Of a DNA stretch of 64,000 nucleotides, positions 21,407 to 33,256 are shown piece after piece. Source of the DNA: Rebecca billardiae RCC1528 (lineage: Eukaryota > Protista > Haptophyta); the NCBI GenBank assembly GCA_965240325.2, contig OZ251230.1, forward strand, positions 124,001 to 188,000, given 5' to 3'. Below the pieces are notes generated by a model. The model was not told where the DNA came from. It saw only the letters and a list, made by a program, of their open reading frames with translations, and did no database searches. Positions within the stretch are counted from its first letter, which is position 1, and the number at the start of each line of letters is the position of its first letter. The position numbers were made by a program, and so were the translations under genes.

Positions 21407-22222
21407 CCGTTCTGAACGTTCTCCAAACGCGTTTGGGGCCTCGCCGTTCCGAACGGTTTGCTGAACGGCTGAGTCCGGATCGCACATGAGTGGTCGGTTG
21501 CCATCCGGACTGCTAGCTGTATAGACGCGCGACTGGCAGGCTTCGCGGCGGGCTGTGCGCCGGCTGGCGCGCCTGTAGACGACGACGCGAGCGCTGACGG
21601 CCAGTCGTGGCGAGGAGGCCCTCCGAGGCCGACGAAATGGCTATGCTAGTGGCAATCTGAGCTCAGCAGACAGCAGCGTGCTCGTCAGCAGCGCCGAGCC
21701 CGCGCCCGGCCCAGTGCATACGCCCACCCGTAGCGGCGAGGGGCTGCGGGCGGCGGCCGGAGCTGAGCCACGTGGCACGTTAGGCAGTCATAATACTATT
21801 GTCATTAAGTTAATAGCTAACGCGCGCGATACAACCCGAACCGCCGCGGACTGGGCGGCGCCGCCGCCCGATCCGCCAGTGACCACGTCCGCACTGACCG
21901 CGGACCGTGGTCCTGCGAGTGGCACGGCTGCACCGTTAGACTAAGACTGACAGAGTACTACTGTTGCCGCTGTTCAAGAGACTCGGCCCGTACCGGGAAC
22001 CGTGTCTAGTGACAATCTGAGCGTACAACTCGGACAATGGACGTACGAATGACTTACTCTCCGGCCTGGCCGCCGCTGGCGGCGCCGGCCAGCCAGCCCG
22101 GGCTGCACCGGCCGGCGGCCTGCGGCCGCCCGCCAGCAGAGCAGTGGCGGCCGATGGAGGCCTGCCGTTCTGAACGTTCTCAAACGCGTTTGATTGAGGC
22201 CTCGCCGTTCCGAACGGTTTGC
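21407..22222. repeat. two copies of a ~55-bp palindrome-rich repeat (21407-21461, 22165-22222)
   Basis: CCGTTCTGAACGTTCT(C)CAAACGCGTTTG...GGCCTCGCCGTTCCGAACGGTTTGC occurs twice. TGACTCTGGCCAG is also shared (near 21360 and 22238). Confidence 0.85.
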
Positions 22223-22827
22223 CAAACGCTCCCAGTCTGACTCTGGCCAGTCGCATGCAGCATATGCCATATCGGGCATATGGCGGACCGCGTACGTGAT
22301 CCGCCTGACTGACGGCTCCGCCGCACTCGGCCCGCGCGGCGCACTCCTCGTAGTAGTATAGTCCCATACTTGGAATGGCCTGACGCGTCACAGTATTGTA
22401 AGTCTTCTAAGTCGCGCGTACTGACTACGAGTACGAAGACTCAAAAGTCTGTTCTGAGCTGCGCGCGGCCGCGCGGCCAGCCGTCACTCCTTGCCGTGGA
22501 CGCATGTCGATGGCCGTGGACGCGGTCGCAGCGTTGCGTCGTCCCGCCCGCGCGCGGCGATACCGCCGGTCGCTGCTGCGGCTGCAGCACGCGCAACAAC
22601 TGCCGCGAGGCGGTGGCATAGCCGAGCAAACCCTGACCGCGCGCCCGGAGCAGCCCATGCTCGTCTCGCGCGGCCCGCATGGCACCGAGCACGTTGCGGC
22701 CAGGCGCAGGTCCGCGTGTGGATGCGAAGCGACGCACACAGCATCTCACGCGACGCCCCGCGCTCGGCCACGTCCTGTGAGCCCGGCCGACGCGCGCCCC
22801 TACCGGACGGCGCTCTCCCTCTCCGTC

Positions 22828-23223
22828 TCAGTTCTTTTCTTTCCTCGGCTTCAGCTTGATCATCGCAAACAGGTGCGAGACCGAGCCGAGCACGAGGATG
22901 ACGAACAGCGGGAACCGGTCCGCCTTCTCGGGCACGCCATATGCCTTGTACGTCTGCATGGCGAAGACCGCGGCGAAGAGGGCGGCGAGCAGGAGGTCGA
23001 GGTGCACGCCCGCCGCGACGCACTTCCGGTCAGAGGAGAAGGAGGCGAGGAACGAGCAGAAGAAGACGAGCGCGCCGCCGCCGACGCCGCCGTACAGCGA
23101 GTGCATGGCGCCCGTTGTCAGCGCGCCCCAGCATCCGCCGATGATGAGGAATAGACCGTACGTCGCGATCAGCCCCGACACATCGAGGCTTTCGAACAGC
23201 CCGGCGTGCGCCTCGCGCGCCAT
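22828..23223 (-). CDS. TMEM14/FAX family small membrane protein
   Basis: YGLFLIIGGCWGALTTGAMHSLYGGVGGGAL fits the TMEM14 GG..G...G...SL..G motif; four hydrophobic segments in 131 aa. Confidence 0.8.
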   Translation of the reverse strand: MAREAHAGLFESLDVSGLIATYGLFLIIGGCWGALTTGAMHSLYGGVGGGALVFFCSFLASFSSDRKCVAAGVHLDLLLAALFAAVFAMQTYKAYGVPEKADRFPLFVILVLGSVSHLFAMIKLKPRKEKN

Positions 23224-24503
23224 CCCTGCGCCCAGCCCGCACAGTGGCGAAGCGCTGGCTCCCCCTCGGCGGTTCTGATCAAGACCGGTGCAAAACGCGG
23301 ACGAAACTCGATCCGATCCGGGCCCAACGCCGCAACACGTCCGTCCTGAAGAACTCTTCTGATCGGAAACGGCGGCAAGCAAACGATCGGTCGGGAACAC
23401 GCACGTCGGGCGCAACGCATCTGAGGTCAACGCGACGCGGGCGCGAGCGAGCGCGCGCACGAGTGATCTGGCCGACGCCCGACCACCCACGTGTGCCCCA
23501 CCACCCGTGGCAACCGTACAACTACTAGCGGCGTCTGCCGATCTGACTCCCGATCGATGCAGCGCGCCGCTCCGGCTCTCGGCAGCGGGTTGACCGTGCA
23601 CCGGATGACTCCGGGCACTTCCTGGAGTGCACCGCGATCGCCGCTGGGAGGACGGCTGGCGGTCAGTCCATTGCCTGCGATTGATGTGATCATCTCATTC
23701 GTGCCCAAGCTCGGCACGGAAGCTGCCGCCATGGTTCTTGGCGGGGCTGCGCAAATCTGCGTGCTGCCTGCACTGCTGGCCTTTACTAAAAATTATAATA
23801 AATTAGTCGGACCGAATCATGTTGTTGCACCCAGTCTCGCAGGGCACACGGGGACGACTACATCACCGCCGGATCACCCGCTAGGGCCCAGCGGCTGAGA
23901 CGGCCGTCTGACATCCGGACCTGCACCCTCGCCCTCGCTCGGGGCACAGCAGGTCCATGCGAGCCGCGCAGCGCAGGTGGATCGCGCTCCAGCAGCTCAA
24001 GGCCGCGCTCAAGCCATTCGATCGCGGTTCAGGCTATGCTCTGCCACCAGCACCGACTTCGTGTCGACGATCGGGCTTTGCCGACGACGAATCAGGAGAC
24101 CTGCGCCGTCCTACCTGTGTCGTTAAATCATTCATCTATACAGTAGAATGAGTCTCACCGGGCCAGGGCGACCCCATCCACTATCTGCACCACGGCATCA
24201 ACTCAGTGAACTCGAACACGGCCTCGGACCGTCGACGCGTGCAACTGCATGATGACCAAGGCCGGCGACGACTACTGCAAATAGGCTACAGCAGCAGAGT
24301 CCTCAGACTGACTGGGCACCTTAGCTACTGCCCGTCCGTGTGATCGTCAGCATCGGCGACGACTACCAGTCACCCGCGGCCAACGCGCTCACATCCCCCG
24401 TCTCCAATCAGTACTTCGACAGACGAATCACTAGGAGAGCCGCGCCCTCGTGCCTGTGATGTCTTCATCAATAATAAAGCATATATATATAGAATATAAG
24501 CGC

Positions 24504-24506
<3 letters not shown>

Positions 24507-24544
<38 letters not shown>
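24507..24544. repeat. (GA)n microsatellite
   Basis: Directly visible. Confidence 0.95.
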
Positions 24545-24548
<4 letters not shown>

Positions 24549-24747
24549 TGACTGTCTGACTGACGGCAGCTCGGCCGCGGGGCCGGCTGGCCCAGCGGCG
24601 CCTGGCCGCGCGCGGATCGCCATCCTGCGCGGACTCTGGCTGATGCATGGTCCACCGCGGCTGCTGTGCCATCAGGCCAACGACGGCTGACATGGTGCCC
24701 GCGTCGTACGACTGGCGGCCGATTCGCGGATCATCATTAATTATGAC

Positions 24748-27261
24748 TCATAATATGAGCGGCGGACGACGATATAAGTCGTCTGGCGGTGGCATATCAT
24801 CATCATGCTCATCGCCGGCCCACCACCCGTCACCGGCCTCGTCAGTCTCGAGCTCGTCGTTTGACTCATCTGAGGTGTTGAGCAGCGTGGGCACCAGATG
24901 CTGCGTCCCAAGCAGCTGCGCTCGGCTGTAGTGGCCGTGCCGCGGCGGCCGCCGGTGCTGCGGCAGCGCGGGCGACCACGGCTCGCACGCTTGCTGCTGC
25001 ATCCTTTGGGCGCGGAGCGCGCAGCCGGTTGACAGACTCGCCAGGTCGGTGAAGACCATCTGCGCGACCAGCCGGTGGGAATCCGAAGCGTTGGGTGCCG
25101 CCAGCGCGCCCTGTGCCAGCAGGCTCAGCTGCGCTGTCGTCGGGGCTGGGGCTGCCGCCAGCAGCTCGGGCCCTTGGCCCCTCGTGCCTGCCACGCCGTC
25201 GCCTGCGGCCTCGCGCCCCGCGGTCTGCAGCGCGTGCTGCTGCTCCCCGAGGAAGGCGGCGAGGCGCTGTTGCGCGGGGCCGAGGCGCTGCCACGCGCGC
25301 TCTGCGCTCCACTCGGCCTTCCGCGCGGCGGCGGCGCGCGCGGGGATGGCGTGCGCGTGGATGGCCGCGAGCAGCCGCAGCCCGACGCTGTGCGGAGAGA
25401 AGGCACGCGCACCGCGCAGGCCGGCGCGCCCCAGCGCGCCGCGCGCAGCCGCGGACGCCGCGAGCTCGCGCAGCAGCGCGGCCACGCCGGCTGGCGTGCG
25501 CGCGCACGGCACGCGCGCGCGCCCGCCCGGCGCGCCCGGCGGCAGCCTGTACCCGTGCGCGCCCGCCACGTCGACGTAGCTGCTGTACGGGTAGAAGAGC
25601 GCGGGCACGCCGTGCGTCCACCACCACAGCAGCCGCGTGGGCGGGCGGTGGGCGGCGCTCGCGTTGCGCTGCAGCCGCGGCGGCCAGAGCAGCGCCACGT
25701 CCACCGCCTCCACCCAGGCCACGTCGTGGAACCGCCTCTGGGACGAGAAGTTGAACAGCGCCGGCATGTCGAGCAGCCGGCCTGGCGCGTCGGCGACGCC
25801 GCTCCGTGCCGCGGTGGCGGCGGCTCGTCGGGGCGACGTTGTTGCGGCCACGCGTTCGGTCGCGTCGTCGAGCTCGGGGGACTCGGCGACGGCAGCCTCG
25901 CCGAGTGCGGGGAGCGGCAGCAGCAGCCGAAGCGTTGCGTCGCCTTCGGGCGAGCTCGTCGACGCCGCCGCCGCGTGCGCGCCGCTCGGCGCGGCGGGTG
26001 CGCGCCAGTAGCGCGCGGTCGCGCGCGCATCGGCAGCGGAGGCGGTGGCGGTTGCAGCAGCTCCACGCGGCGCGTCGTCGGCGGGTGCGTCGGCCGCCGC
26101 GCCCTCGGCAGACCCGCTCGCGGCCGCGCTGGCCCCGGCATCCTCCGGCATCGCACGCCAGTTGTCTGGCTGCAGCAGCTCGCCCGAGCACAGGTACCGC
26201 TCGAACTGCGTGCTGCCGCCGCCCGCCCCGTTCTCAAAGACGAGCAGAAGCGCCGCGCCCGCGCTGCACGTGGCTGCGGCGAGGGCGCGCAGCTCAGAGC
26301 GCTCGGGCAGGTTGTGCTGCCCACCCACGAGCACGCCCACCACGCGCACGCGCCGCCGCGCCGCCTCCGCTGGCTCGCGCACGCGCCAGCGCCCCACGTT
26401 GGTGTGCTGGTGCGGGACGACGACGACGCTGTGCGCCGTCTGCTGCGCGCGCGCCGCGGCGGACGCGCGTGTGCTGTTGCTCGGGCTGGGCGCTGCCGCC
26501 TTGTTTCCGGCGTGCAGCGCGCGAGACAGCATGCGCGCGGTGTGCGCGCTCTGCACGACCAGCAGCGCACCGGGCAGCACCTGCTGGAACTCCAGCCGCC
26601 CGGCCTTCGCGATCCTGCGGATCTCGGCCACGTCGTCCATCAGGTCGTACACGAGGACCACGCACGCGCGCTCGAGCGCACGCAGGGCCTTGGTGACGAG
26701 CGCGCTGCGCTTGATGAAGAGCACGGCCGCGGGGGGGCGGGGGCCGTATGCGACGCTGCGGAGCCACGCCGTCTGGCGCAGGTCGCGTGCCGCGTTGCTC
26801 TCGCCCGGTCTGCGCGTGAGGTCGACCAGCTGCACGTCCGTGCGGCACCCAAGCGCCGCGCCCATCGCCTCCGCGTGCTGCACCATCGCCGCGAGCAGCA
26901 TGCGGCCGCGGAGCGCCTCCGAGCTCCTCCCGGTGACGAGGACGATGTCGACGCACAGCGGCGTCATCGCGCGCTCGGCTCCGCGCTCGATACCCCCGAT
27001 CGCGAACGCCACGGCGGCGGGCGCGCCGCTTGCGCCGACCGAGCGGATGCGTGCGCCGCCACCGTACGCGAGGGCGAGCAGGACGAGCTGCAGAGCGCCG
27101 AGCGCGAGGAGCGCGCCGAGCGCGCGCACTGCGCCGCGCGAGACACAGCGGCGATGTACGCTCATCACGCCCCAGGCTGCCCACCGCCGCGCGTGCCGCG
27201 GCAAGTAGCGCACCAGCCGTGCGCCCAGCGTCGGCGCCTCGTGGCGGAATCTGTACTGCAT
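24748..27261 (-). CDS. type II membrane protein, putative GT-B-fold glycosyltransferase
   Basis: Single N-terminal TM (ALGALLALGALQLVLLALAYG); VLFIKR, VLVYDLMDD, VVVVPHQH; C-terminal VDVALLW...RPPTRLLWWWTHGVPALFYPYSSYVD resembles the GT-B donor-binding segment. The start could be a downstream ATG. Confidence 0.6.
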   Translation of the reverse strand: MQYRFRHEAPTLGARLVRYLPRHARRWAAWGVMSVHRRCVSRGAVRALGALLALGALQLVLLALAYGGGARIRSVGASGAPAAVAFAIGGIERGAERAMTPLCVDIVLVTGRSSEALRGRMLLAAMVQHAEAMGAALGCRTDVQLVDLTRRPGESNAARDLRQTAWLRSVAYGPRPPAAVLFIKRSALVTKALRALERACVVLVYDLMDDVAEIRRIAKAGRLEFQQVLPGALLVVQSAHTARMLSRALHAGNKAAAPSPSNSTRASAAARAQQTAHSVVVVPHQHTNVGRWRVREPAEAARRRVRVVGVLVGGQHNLPERSELRALAAATCSAGAALLLVFENGAGGGSTQFERYLCSGELLQPDNWRAMPEDAGASAAASGSAEGAAADAPADDAPRGAAATATASAADARATARYWRAPAAPSGAHAAAASTSSPEGDATLRLLLPLPALGEAAVAESPELDDATERVAATTSPRRAAATAARSGVADAPGRLLDMPALFNFSSQRRFHDVAWVEAVDVALLWPPRLQRNASAAHRPPTRLLWWWTHGVPALFYPYSSYVDVAGAHGYRLPPGAPGGRARVPCARTPAGVAALLRELAASAAARGALGRAGLRGARAFSPHSVGLRLLAAIHAHAIPARAAAARKAEWSAERAWQRLGPAQQRLAAFLGEQQHALQTAGREAAGDGVAGTRGQGPELLAAAPAPTTAQLSLLAQGALAAPNASDSHRLVAQMVFTDLASLSTGCALRAQRMQQQACEPWSPALPQHRRPPRHGHYSRAQLLGTQHLVPTLLNTSDESNDELETDEAGDGWWAGDEHDDDMPPPDDLYRRPPLIL

Positions 27262-27331
27262 GGCAGCTTACGGTATCAAGATTCGTTGCGTAGCTAGTAT
27301 TTGAGCGGTAATACAGAAGCTCCGCCGCACG

Positions 27332-28582
27332 ATGGTGGCGCGCGGCCTGTCCGCGTGCTGCTCGTTTCTGGCGGGGATGGCGTGCTCGGCGGAGGCGCGG
27401 GCGCCGCGCGCGAGCGGCAACGCGTCGGCGCCCGGCGGCAGCGCGCCACTGCTCCCCGCCACGGTGCACATCGGCCCGATGAAGACGGGCTCGACCGCCC
27501 TCCAGTTTGCGCTGCGCAACGGCAGCCGGCTGCGGCAGCTCGCCGAGGCAGAGGACGGCCTCGACGCCGCGAGGCTGCCCGTTGGGTTGTTCGGCGGACA
27601 TTACCCGCTCGGTGGCGTGCTGCTGCATGGGCACAGCGAGCAGACCCTCGCCGGGCCGCGCGCGCCGGCCGCGTGGCGCGAGTTTGTGCGCGCCGTCGAG
27701 TTGGCGACCTCCCTTGGGCGCGCGCTGCTCCTCTCGTCCGAGAGCTTCTGCGACGCGCACGCACAGCCGCGGCCGCTGCTGGCCGCGCTCGCGCCGGCGT
27801 TCGACGTGCGCGTGGTCGTCGTGTACCGCCGCGTTTTCGACTGGCTCGTGTCCATGCACCAGCAGCTGTACCGCACCGACGGCTGGACCACCACCGTGCC
27901 TCGCAACGTGGTGGCCCGCGCCGCGCGCCACCACCGCACGCTCGGCAGCTGGCTGCACGCCAGGGGCGCGGGGGGCGCGCGGGCGGATTTCAAGCGGGCG
28001 TGGGCGGGCACCGGGTACGACGTGTGGAGCCGCGCCGGCGCGCGCGTCACCGTGCTCAACGTGCACCAGGGCGCCGAGGCGCCGCTGCTGCAGCAGTTTG
28101 TGTGCGGCCCAATGCGCGCGCCGGTCGCGTGCGCGTGGCTGCGCGCGAGCGCTGAGGGCCGCGCGCTCGCGCGCCGGCGCGAGAACCCCGGTGAGTCCGC
28201 GGAGCGCAGATACGTGGCGGACATCGGGTTCGCCGCCGTGCGGGCGGGCGAGGTGCCCTCCGCCGCGCTCGAGCGCAACGTCACCGACACGAGGCGGTTC
28301 GTCGACCGGCTGCTCGACGCGCGGCGCGCGGGCGTGGCGGCTGGAGCCGGTCTGCCGCTCGCGTGCGCGTCCGAGGCCGAGCTCGAGTGGGTGTGGCAGC
28401 TGAGCGTGCGCGAGGAGGCGCGGCTCGTGCCCGAGTGGCACGACGCCGCCCGGCTGCGCAGCGCGTACGAGGCGGCGCTCAACTCGACGGCCTTCTGCTG
28501 GGCGGACACGGCCTTGGCGCTGCAAGAGGGCGGCGCGTGGCTCGCCGTCCTCCGCGCCCTCGGCGCACCGCCGGAACAATAA
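27332..28582 (+). CDS. sulfotransferase-domain protein, secretory pathway
   Basis: VHIGPMKTGSTALQ (5'-PSB loop), LLLSSESF, VVVVYRRVFDWLVSMHQQ (3'-PB-like); hydrophobic N-terminus. Confidence 0.78.
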   Translation: MVARGLSACCSFLAGMACSAEARAPRASGNASAPGGSAPLLPATVHIGPMKTGSTALQFALRNGSRLRQLAEAEDGLDAARLPVGLFGGHYPLGGVLLHGHSEQTLAGPRAPAAWREFVRAVELATSLGRALLLSSESFCDAHAQPRPLLAALAPAFDVRVVVVYRRVFDWLVSMHQQLYRTDGWTTTVPRNVVARAARHHRTLGSWLHARGAGGARADFKRAWAGTGYDVWSRAGARVTVLNVHQGAEAPLLQQFVCGPMRAPVACAWLRASAEGRALARRRENPGESAERRYVADIGFAAVRAGEVPSAALERNVTDTRRFVDRLLDARRAGVAAGAGLPLACASEAELEWVWQLSVREEARLVPEWHDAARLRSAYEAALNSTAFCWADTALALQEGGAWLAVLRALGAPPEQ

Positions 28583-28933
28583 TAATAATGTACGCGCGAC
28601 CTGCTGATATGCATGCATCATGACGACGATGCGCGCGTGCTATATCTGATGCTGGGCATATGACATCTGATACGCGTGCTCGCATTCAACGCCCGCCAGA
28701 CGAGGTGAACTTATTAGAGCATCAGCAGCGGCGCGGGCTCGAAGCAGTTCAACTCGCCTGTCGCCCAATTTAACACACGCGGCGCTGGCGCGCACGGTCA
28801 CCCGCGGCGCGGTCCGAAGCGGCCAGTCGGCGATTGCATAGGTCGTATTAGCTATATAGCCTATATATATAGAACTACATCGCAATAATAACGACAGCGC
28901 AACTTACGCGGCGGCCGATAGAGCGCCAGGCCG

Positions 28934-31564
28934 CTACTCGCACGCGAGCGCGCGGTCGTGGCCCGTGAAGTTGACGATGCGCACGGCGCCCGGGTTGCAC
29001 GGCGCGGTGGTGAAGTTGTACCGGTACCCGCCGACCGGCGTGCAGCACCATTCCGTCACGAGCGCGCGCTCAAAGCTCGCCCGGAACGAGTCGCCGTTCT
29101 GCGCGCGCGCAAAGCCGCCAAAGAGGCCGTCGAGGGAGTCGAGCGCGAGGGCGGGGGCGTCGGCGAACGGCGCGAGCGCGGTGTGCAGCTGCTCGTCGGT
29201 GAGGCCGCGCGGCACGACCGCGAGCCGCGCCGCGCCGCCCGCCGCGCGCAGCTCGCGGTTCGCAGCGCCGAACGCGCCGGCGAGCCCGCCGTCCGCGGTG
29301 GCCGCGGCCGCGTGCGCGCGCGCGCACGCCGCCGCCGCCTCGTCCGGCGGCGGCTCGCTCGCGAGCCTGGCGAGCCCCGGCGCCTCGGGCGGCATGGCGG
29401 TGCGCCCGGCGCCGCACACGTGCACGCGCACCGCGCCCTCCCGCACGCGCGCCTCCACGTGCTCGCCCTCCCCGAACCCCGGCTCCCTGAACGGCAGCCC
29501 CAGCTCCTCCCAGCGCGGCAGGTCGTACACGTGGTCGAGCGGGCAGCGGAACGGCCGGCGCAGGGCGGACGGCCAGTACGAGCAGTTCCACGCGACCATG
29601 AAGGTCTTGTCGCACGCGCACGCGAGCGCGGGCAGCTCGAGCGTGCGGCGCAGCGCGCGCGCCAGCGCGAGCGCGCCCGCCACCTGCGCCAGCTGGTGCT
29701 GCACGAGCGCCGCGTGCCCGAGCGGCAGCCGGCTGTGCGCGTGGCTCGGCACCATCAGATCGACCGAGCGCTCGAGCAGCGCGCGCGACACGTGCAGCAC
29801 GGCGCGGAGCAGCCCGCCGCCGGCGGAGGGCGGCGTGGCGTACGCGCCGGCCGCGCGCGCGTCCACGCGCGCCCACGCGCCGCCGCCCAGCGCGCCGCGC
29901 GCGGGCGCGTCCGCCCACCACAGCCCGGCCTCCCTGAAGCGAAACCGCTTGCCGAGCGAGCCGTGGTACTGGTACGTGTTGTGCACGACGTACGGCGCCA
30001 CGCCCAGCTGCTCGTGCAGCCGCGAGACGAAGAAGCCGTGGCCGTGGGCGAAGGCGGGCGTGGGCAGCACGCCCACGCGCAGGTGCCCGCAGTACAGCTG
30101 CACCGTGCGGTCCGCGTGCGCCACCGGCATCGTCACGCCCTCCAGGTCGCGCGCCACCTCGTGCACGTGCCGCCCGACCGCGCCGGGCATCGTGAGCCGG
30201 TCGAGACGGCCGTTGCTCAGCCGGAAGCCCTTGCGCATCAGGTCGTTGAAGACGGACTGGTCCCACCCGCCCTTGGCGCGCGTGAGCAGGCCCATGTACT
30301 CCTCGATGAACAGGCGCATCGGCTGCGCGCGCGTCGGGGCGGGGGAGGGGGCGGGGTGTCGCGCGGAGTGGAGGGGGGGGGCGGCGCGCGAGGAAGCGCG
30401 GCGCGAGCGAGCGGCGGTCGCGCGGCGCGCGGCGCGCGCGCGCGCGCGGCGCACCACGCTCGGCCGCAGTAGCATCACGCCAATGTTGGAGCGCACGAGC
30501 AGCAGCTGCGCGTTCGCCACGTGCCCCACGTCCCACGTCGGGTCCTCCAGCCCGCCGTCCGCCGCGGCGAGCGGCTCGTCCGCGCGCGTGCCATCGCCCA
30601 GCCTGGACGGGCGCAGGATGTCCGAGGTGATCAGCAGGTCAGAGGCGGGGTAGCGCGCGAGGAAGGGGAGCGGGTCGCGGAGCCAGACGGTGTCCACGTC
30701 GCAGAGCAGCAGCTCCACGCCCATCGCGAGCAGCGAGCGCATCAGCACGCCCTTGTGCCGCCCCATCTGGTTGAAGAGCGGCGAGCCCCAGCCCCAGTGC
30801 GCGCGCGCGCCTGCCTCCAGCGCGCCGTCCGCGAGCATGCGGAACGTGTGCGCGCCGGGCACGCGGCCGCCGTGCGCGAGGAGCTCGAGGAGCTCGTCGT
30901 CGAGCGCGCCGACCAGGTAGTTGCGCAGCCCCAGCCGCTGCAGCGACAGCGCGAAGTTCTCCACGAAGTCGGAGAAGTGCGCGTTCGCCCACGTCACGAT
31001 CAGCACGCCGCCGCCCTCCGCGGCGAGTGCGCGCGCGCGCGCGCGCGTGAGCCAGCGCGCGTTGGCGGCCTCGAGCTGAAACGTCTCGTCGTGCGCGGCG
31101 GCGGTCAGGTTGGCGAGGCCCGCGACGTGTGCCTCGTCCAGGTGCCCGCACGTCGGCACGCGCGCGGGCCATCGCTCGCGCACAAAGGCGTCGAGCTCGG
31201 CGCGCAGCGCCGCGCCCGACTCCGCCCGCGTCGGCGCTGGCGAGGTTGCGCGCGCGGCCGCCGGCTCGGCGGTGGCGCTCGCGAGCGCGGGCTGTGCATG
31301 CGCGAGCGCCTCGCCGTCGGCTGCCGACGCAAACCGCTGCTCGCCCTCCACGGCGCCCACGGCCTGCGCCGCCTGCGAGACCGCGCTGCCGGCTGGCCGC
31401 GCGTGCGCGCCGCGGCCCGCGACCGCGACGGCGTTGTCGCTCGTCACGATCGTGCTCGTGCGTAGCACTGCGGTCACGATCACAACCAACGACACCACCG
31501 CCAGCGCCATCGGCCCGCGCGCAAGATTCGGCCGCGAGCGCGCGGGCACGCGCAGTGCCGCCAT
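28934..31564 (-). CDS. GT77 nucleotide-diphospho-sugar transferase, XEG113-like arabinosyltransferase; intron 30323-30454
   Basis: N-terminal TM; IVTWANAHFSDFVENF, NYLVGALD, FNQMGRHK, DVD motif in LLCDVDTVWLRDPLP, SNIG, WDQSVFND, PYVVHNTYQY..GKRFRFREAGLW, PFRCPLDHV. Confidence 0.88.
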   Translation of the reverse strand: MAALRVPARSRPNLARGPMALAVVSLVVIVTAVLRTSTIVTSDNAVAVAGRGAHARPAGSAVSQAAQAVGAVEGEQRFASAADGEALAHAQPALASATAEPAAARATSPAPTRAESGAALRAELDAFVRERWPARVPTCGHLDEAHVAGLANLTAAAHDETFQLEAANARWLTRARARALAAEGGGVLIVTWANAHFSDFVENFALSLQRLGLRNYLVGALDDELLELLAHGGRVPGAHTFRMLADGALEAGARAHWGWGSPLFNQMGRHKGVLMRSLLAMGVELLLCDVDTVWLRDPLPFLARYPASDLLITSDILRPSRLGDGTRADEPLAAADGGLEDPTWDVGHVANAQLLLVRSNIGVMLLRPSVVRRARARAARRATAARSRRASSRAAPPLHSARHPAPSPAPTRAQPMRLFIEEYMGLLTRAKGGWDQSVFNDLMRKGFRLSNGRLDRLTMPGAVGRHVHEVARDLEGVTMPVAHADRTVQLYCGHLRVGVLPTPAFAHGHGFFVSRLHEQLGVAPYVVHNTYQYHGSLGKRFRFREAGLWWADAPARGALGGGAWARVDARAAGAYATPPSAGGGLLRAVLHVSRALLERSVDLMVPSHAHSRLPLGHAALVQHQLAQVAGALALARALRRTLELPALACACDKTFMVAWNCSYWPSALRRPFRCPLDHVYDLPRWEELGLPFREPGFGEGEHVEARVREGAVRVHVCGAGRTAMPPEAPGLARLASEPPPDEAAAACARAHAAAATADGGLAGAFGAANRELRAAGGAARLAVVPRGLTDEQLHTALAPFADAPALALDSLDGLFGGFARAQNGDSFRASFERALVTEWCCTPVGGYRYNFTTAPCNPGAVRIVNFTGHDRALACE

Positions 31565-32628
31565 AAGCACCTGCCGCTTTGCTTTTCTCCCCAGCGGAAC
31601 CGCGAGCCGAGCGAAGGGACGACCAGTCGTGCCGCTGCGCTGCGCTGGCAACCCGGCAGCCGTTCGCGGACGCGAGTCTCCCGCTCGAGAAAAAAGGCCG
31701 GATTAAAAAAGCGCACGCGTCTGAACTGGTAGTTGTTTGGAGATGGCGACTGGTCGTCCCTTCGGTCGGCTCGCCACAAGGTGCACACCGCCCTTGCGCC
31801 GGCGACGCTCACGCGCGAGGGGAGTGCGCGCGGGGCTAGCGCGGGGCGGGGGGCGGGGCTACTCGACCCCGGCGACGCCTCCAACCCGCTCGTGGCGCGC
31901 GCCCGCCCCCCGCCGCCGCTCGCCAAGCCGCCAAACTTAGGCTCCAACAGGGGCCAAAAAGCGGCAGGTGCTTATGGTGATTCCGACGCTGATAGCAGCG
32001 CACAGGCGGGGATTTTTGATGATGCGGAAAAGACGAAAAGTGAAAAATCGTCTCGACTGGCTGTGTCAGATTCAACCTTGATGATTCAACAGTGCGCGCT
32101 GTGATGACGACTAAATCCGTCAGCCTGGCCAGAGCTCCGCCCTGCCAACGATCACTGTCGGCGTCCACTGTGTGGACTAGGTTCGATCGGCAAAGGCGAA
32201 GGTGCGGTGCCCGCGCGCCTGGGTCTGGCCTTGGATCCTGGCTTCCTGTGGCCAGCGATCCGGCTGGTGCGAAGCATGGAGGACGTCTGCGGCCTCTCGG
32301 GCACTACAGTCACAGAGCCTGCGGTCGTTATCGCATCATTATTGTCTGGCCCGCGAGGCGACGCATGCAGGCACTGCAGCGGCGTTCGGCGCTGTGGGCG
32401 CCTCGACGGCGTTGAGGAGGCCTGCGCCCGCGCGGCAGTCGTCCCCTGAGTCGGCCTCTCCGCGGCGTGTGGGGCCGCGGGGCGCGGGCCGCCGGGCGCT
32501 ACGGGTGCCATTAATGAGCTAGTTATTAGGCGGCGGTGTATATATTAACGACGTGGTATGCAACGGGCAGGCGTCAGAGTCAGCAAGCTGTAGCGGCAGA
32601 TCGAGCAGCAGAGACAAACACCAGGATC

Positions 32629-32732
<104 letters not shown>

Positions 32733-33139
32733 CGACGTGGCAGCATCGGACAAGCGTCAGGCTCAGAGTGCAACAGACACATAGAATGCGTCCGCGCCTT
32801 CCGACCAGGTCAGACAGTGCGCCACCCGCAGCCCTGCCCCCCTACGGGAGCGGGGCCGGGATGGAGCACCGCCTCGGCCTGGGGCACACGGCGGCGACGG
32901 CAGATGCCGCCGCGGCCGAGCGCCTTCCGGAGCACTTGGATGAGGGTGAGGTCGTAGTCGATGTCGCCGCCCGCCGACCTAGCGGTGAGCAGCTCCGGCA
33001 AGCGGCAGCCGCGGCTGTCGCCCCCGTGCGCCCGCGTGGGCGCCTGGATGAGGATGAGGTCGTAGTGCGCGTCGCCGCGCGCCGGCCAAGCGGCGCGCAG
33101 CTGCAGAAGAGAGGCTTGGAGAGTGAGCGCGCCGCCTAG

Positions 33140-33256
<117 letters not shown>

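Noticed and set aside
24070-24125. Weak similarity (ADDESGDLRRPTC) to the element's internal repeat (ADDSDLRRPDC)
   Set aside because: Too short and gapped to distinguish from chance without an alignment search.
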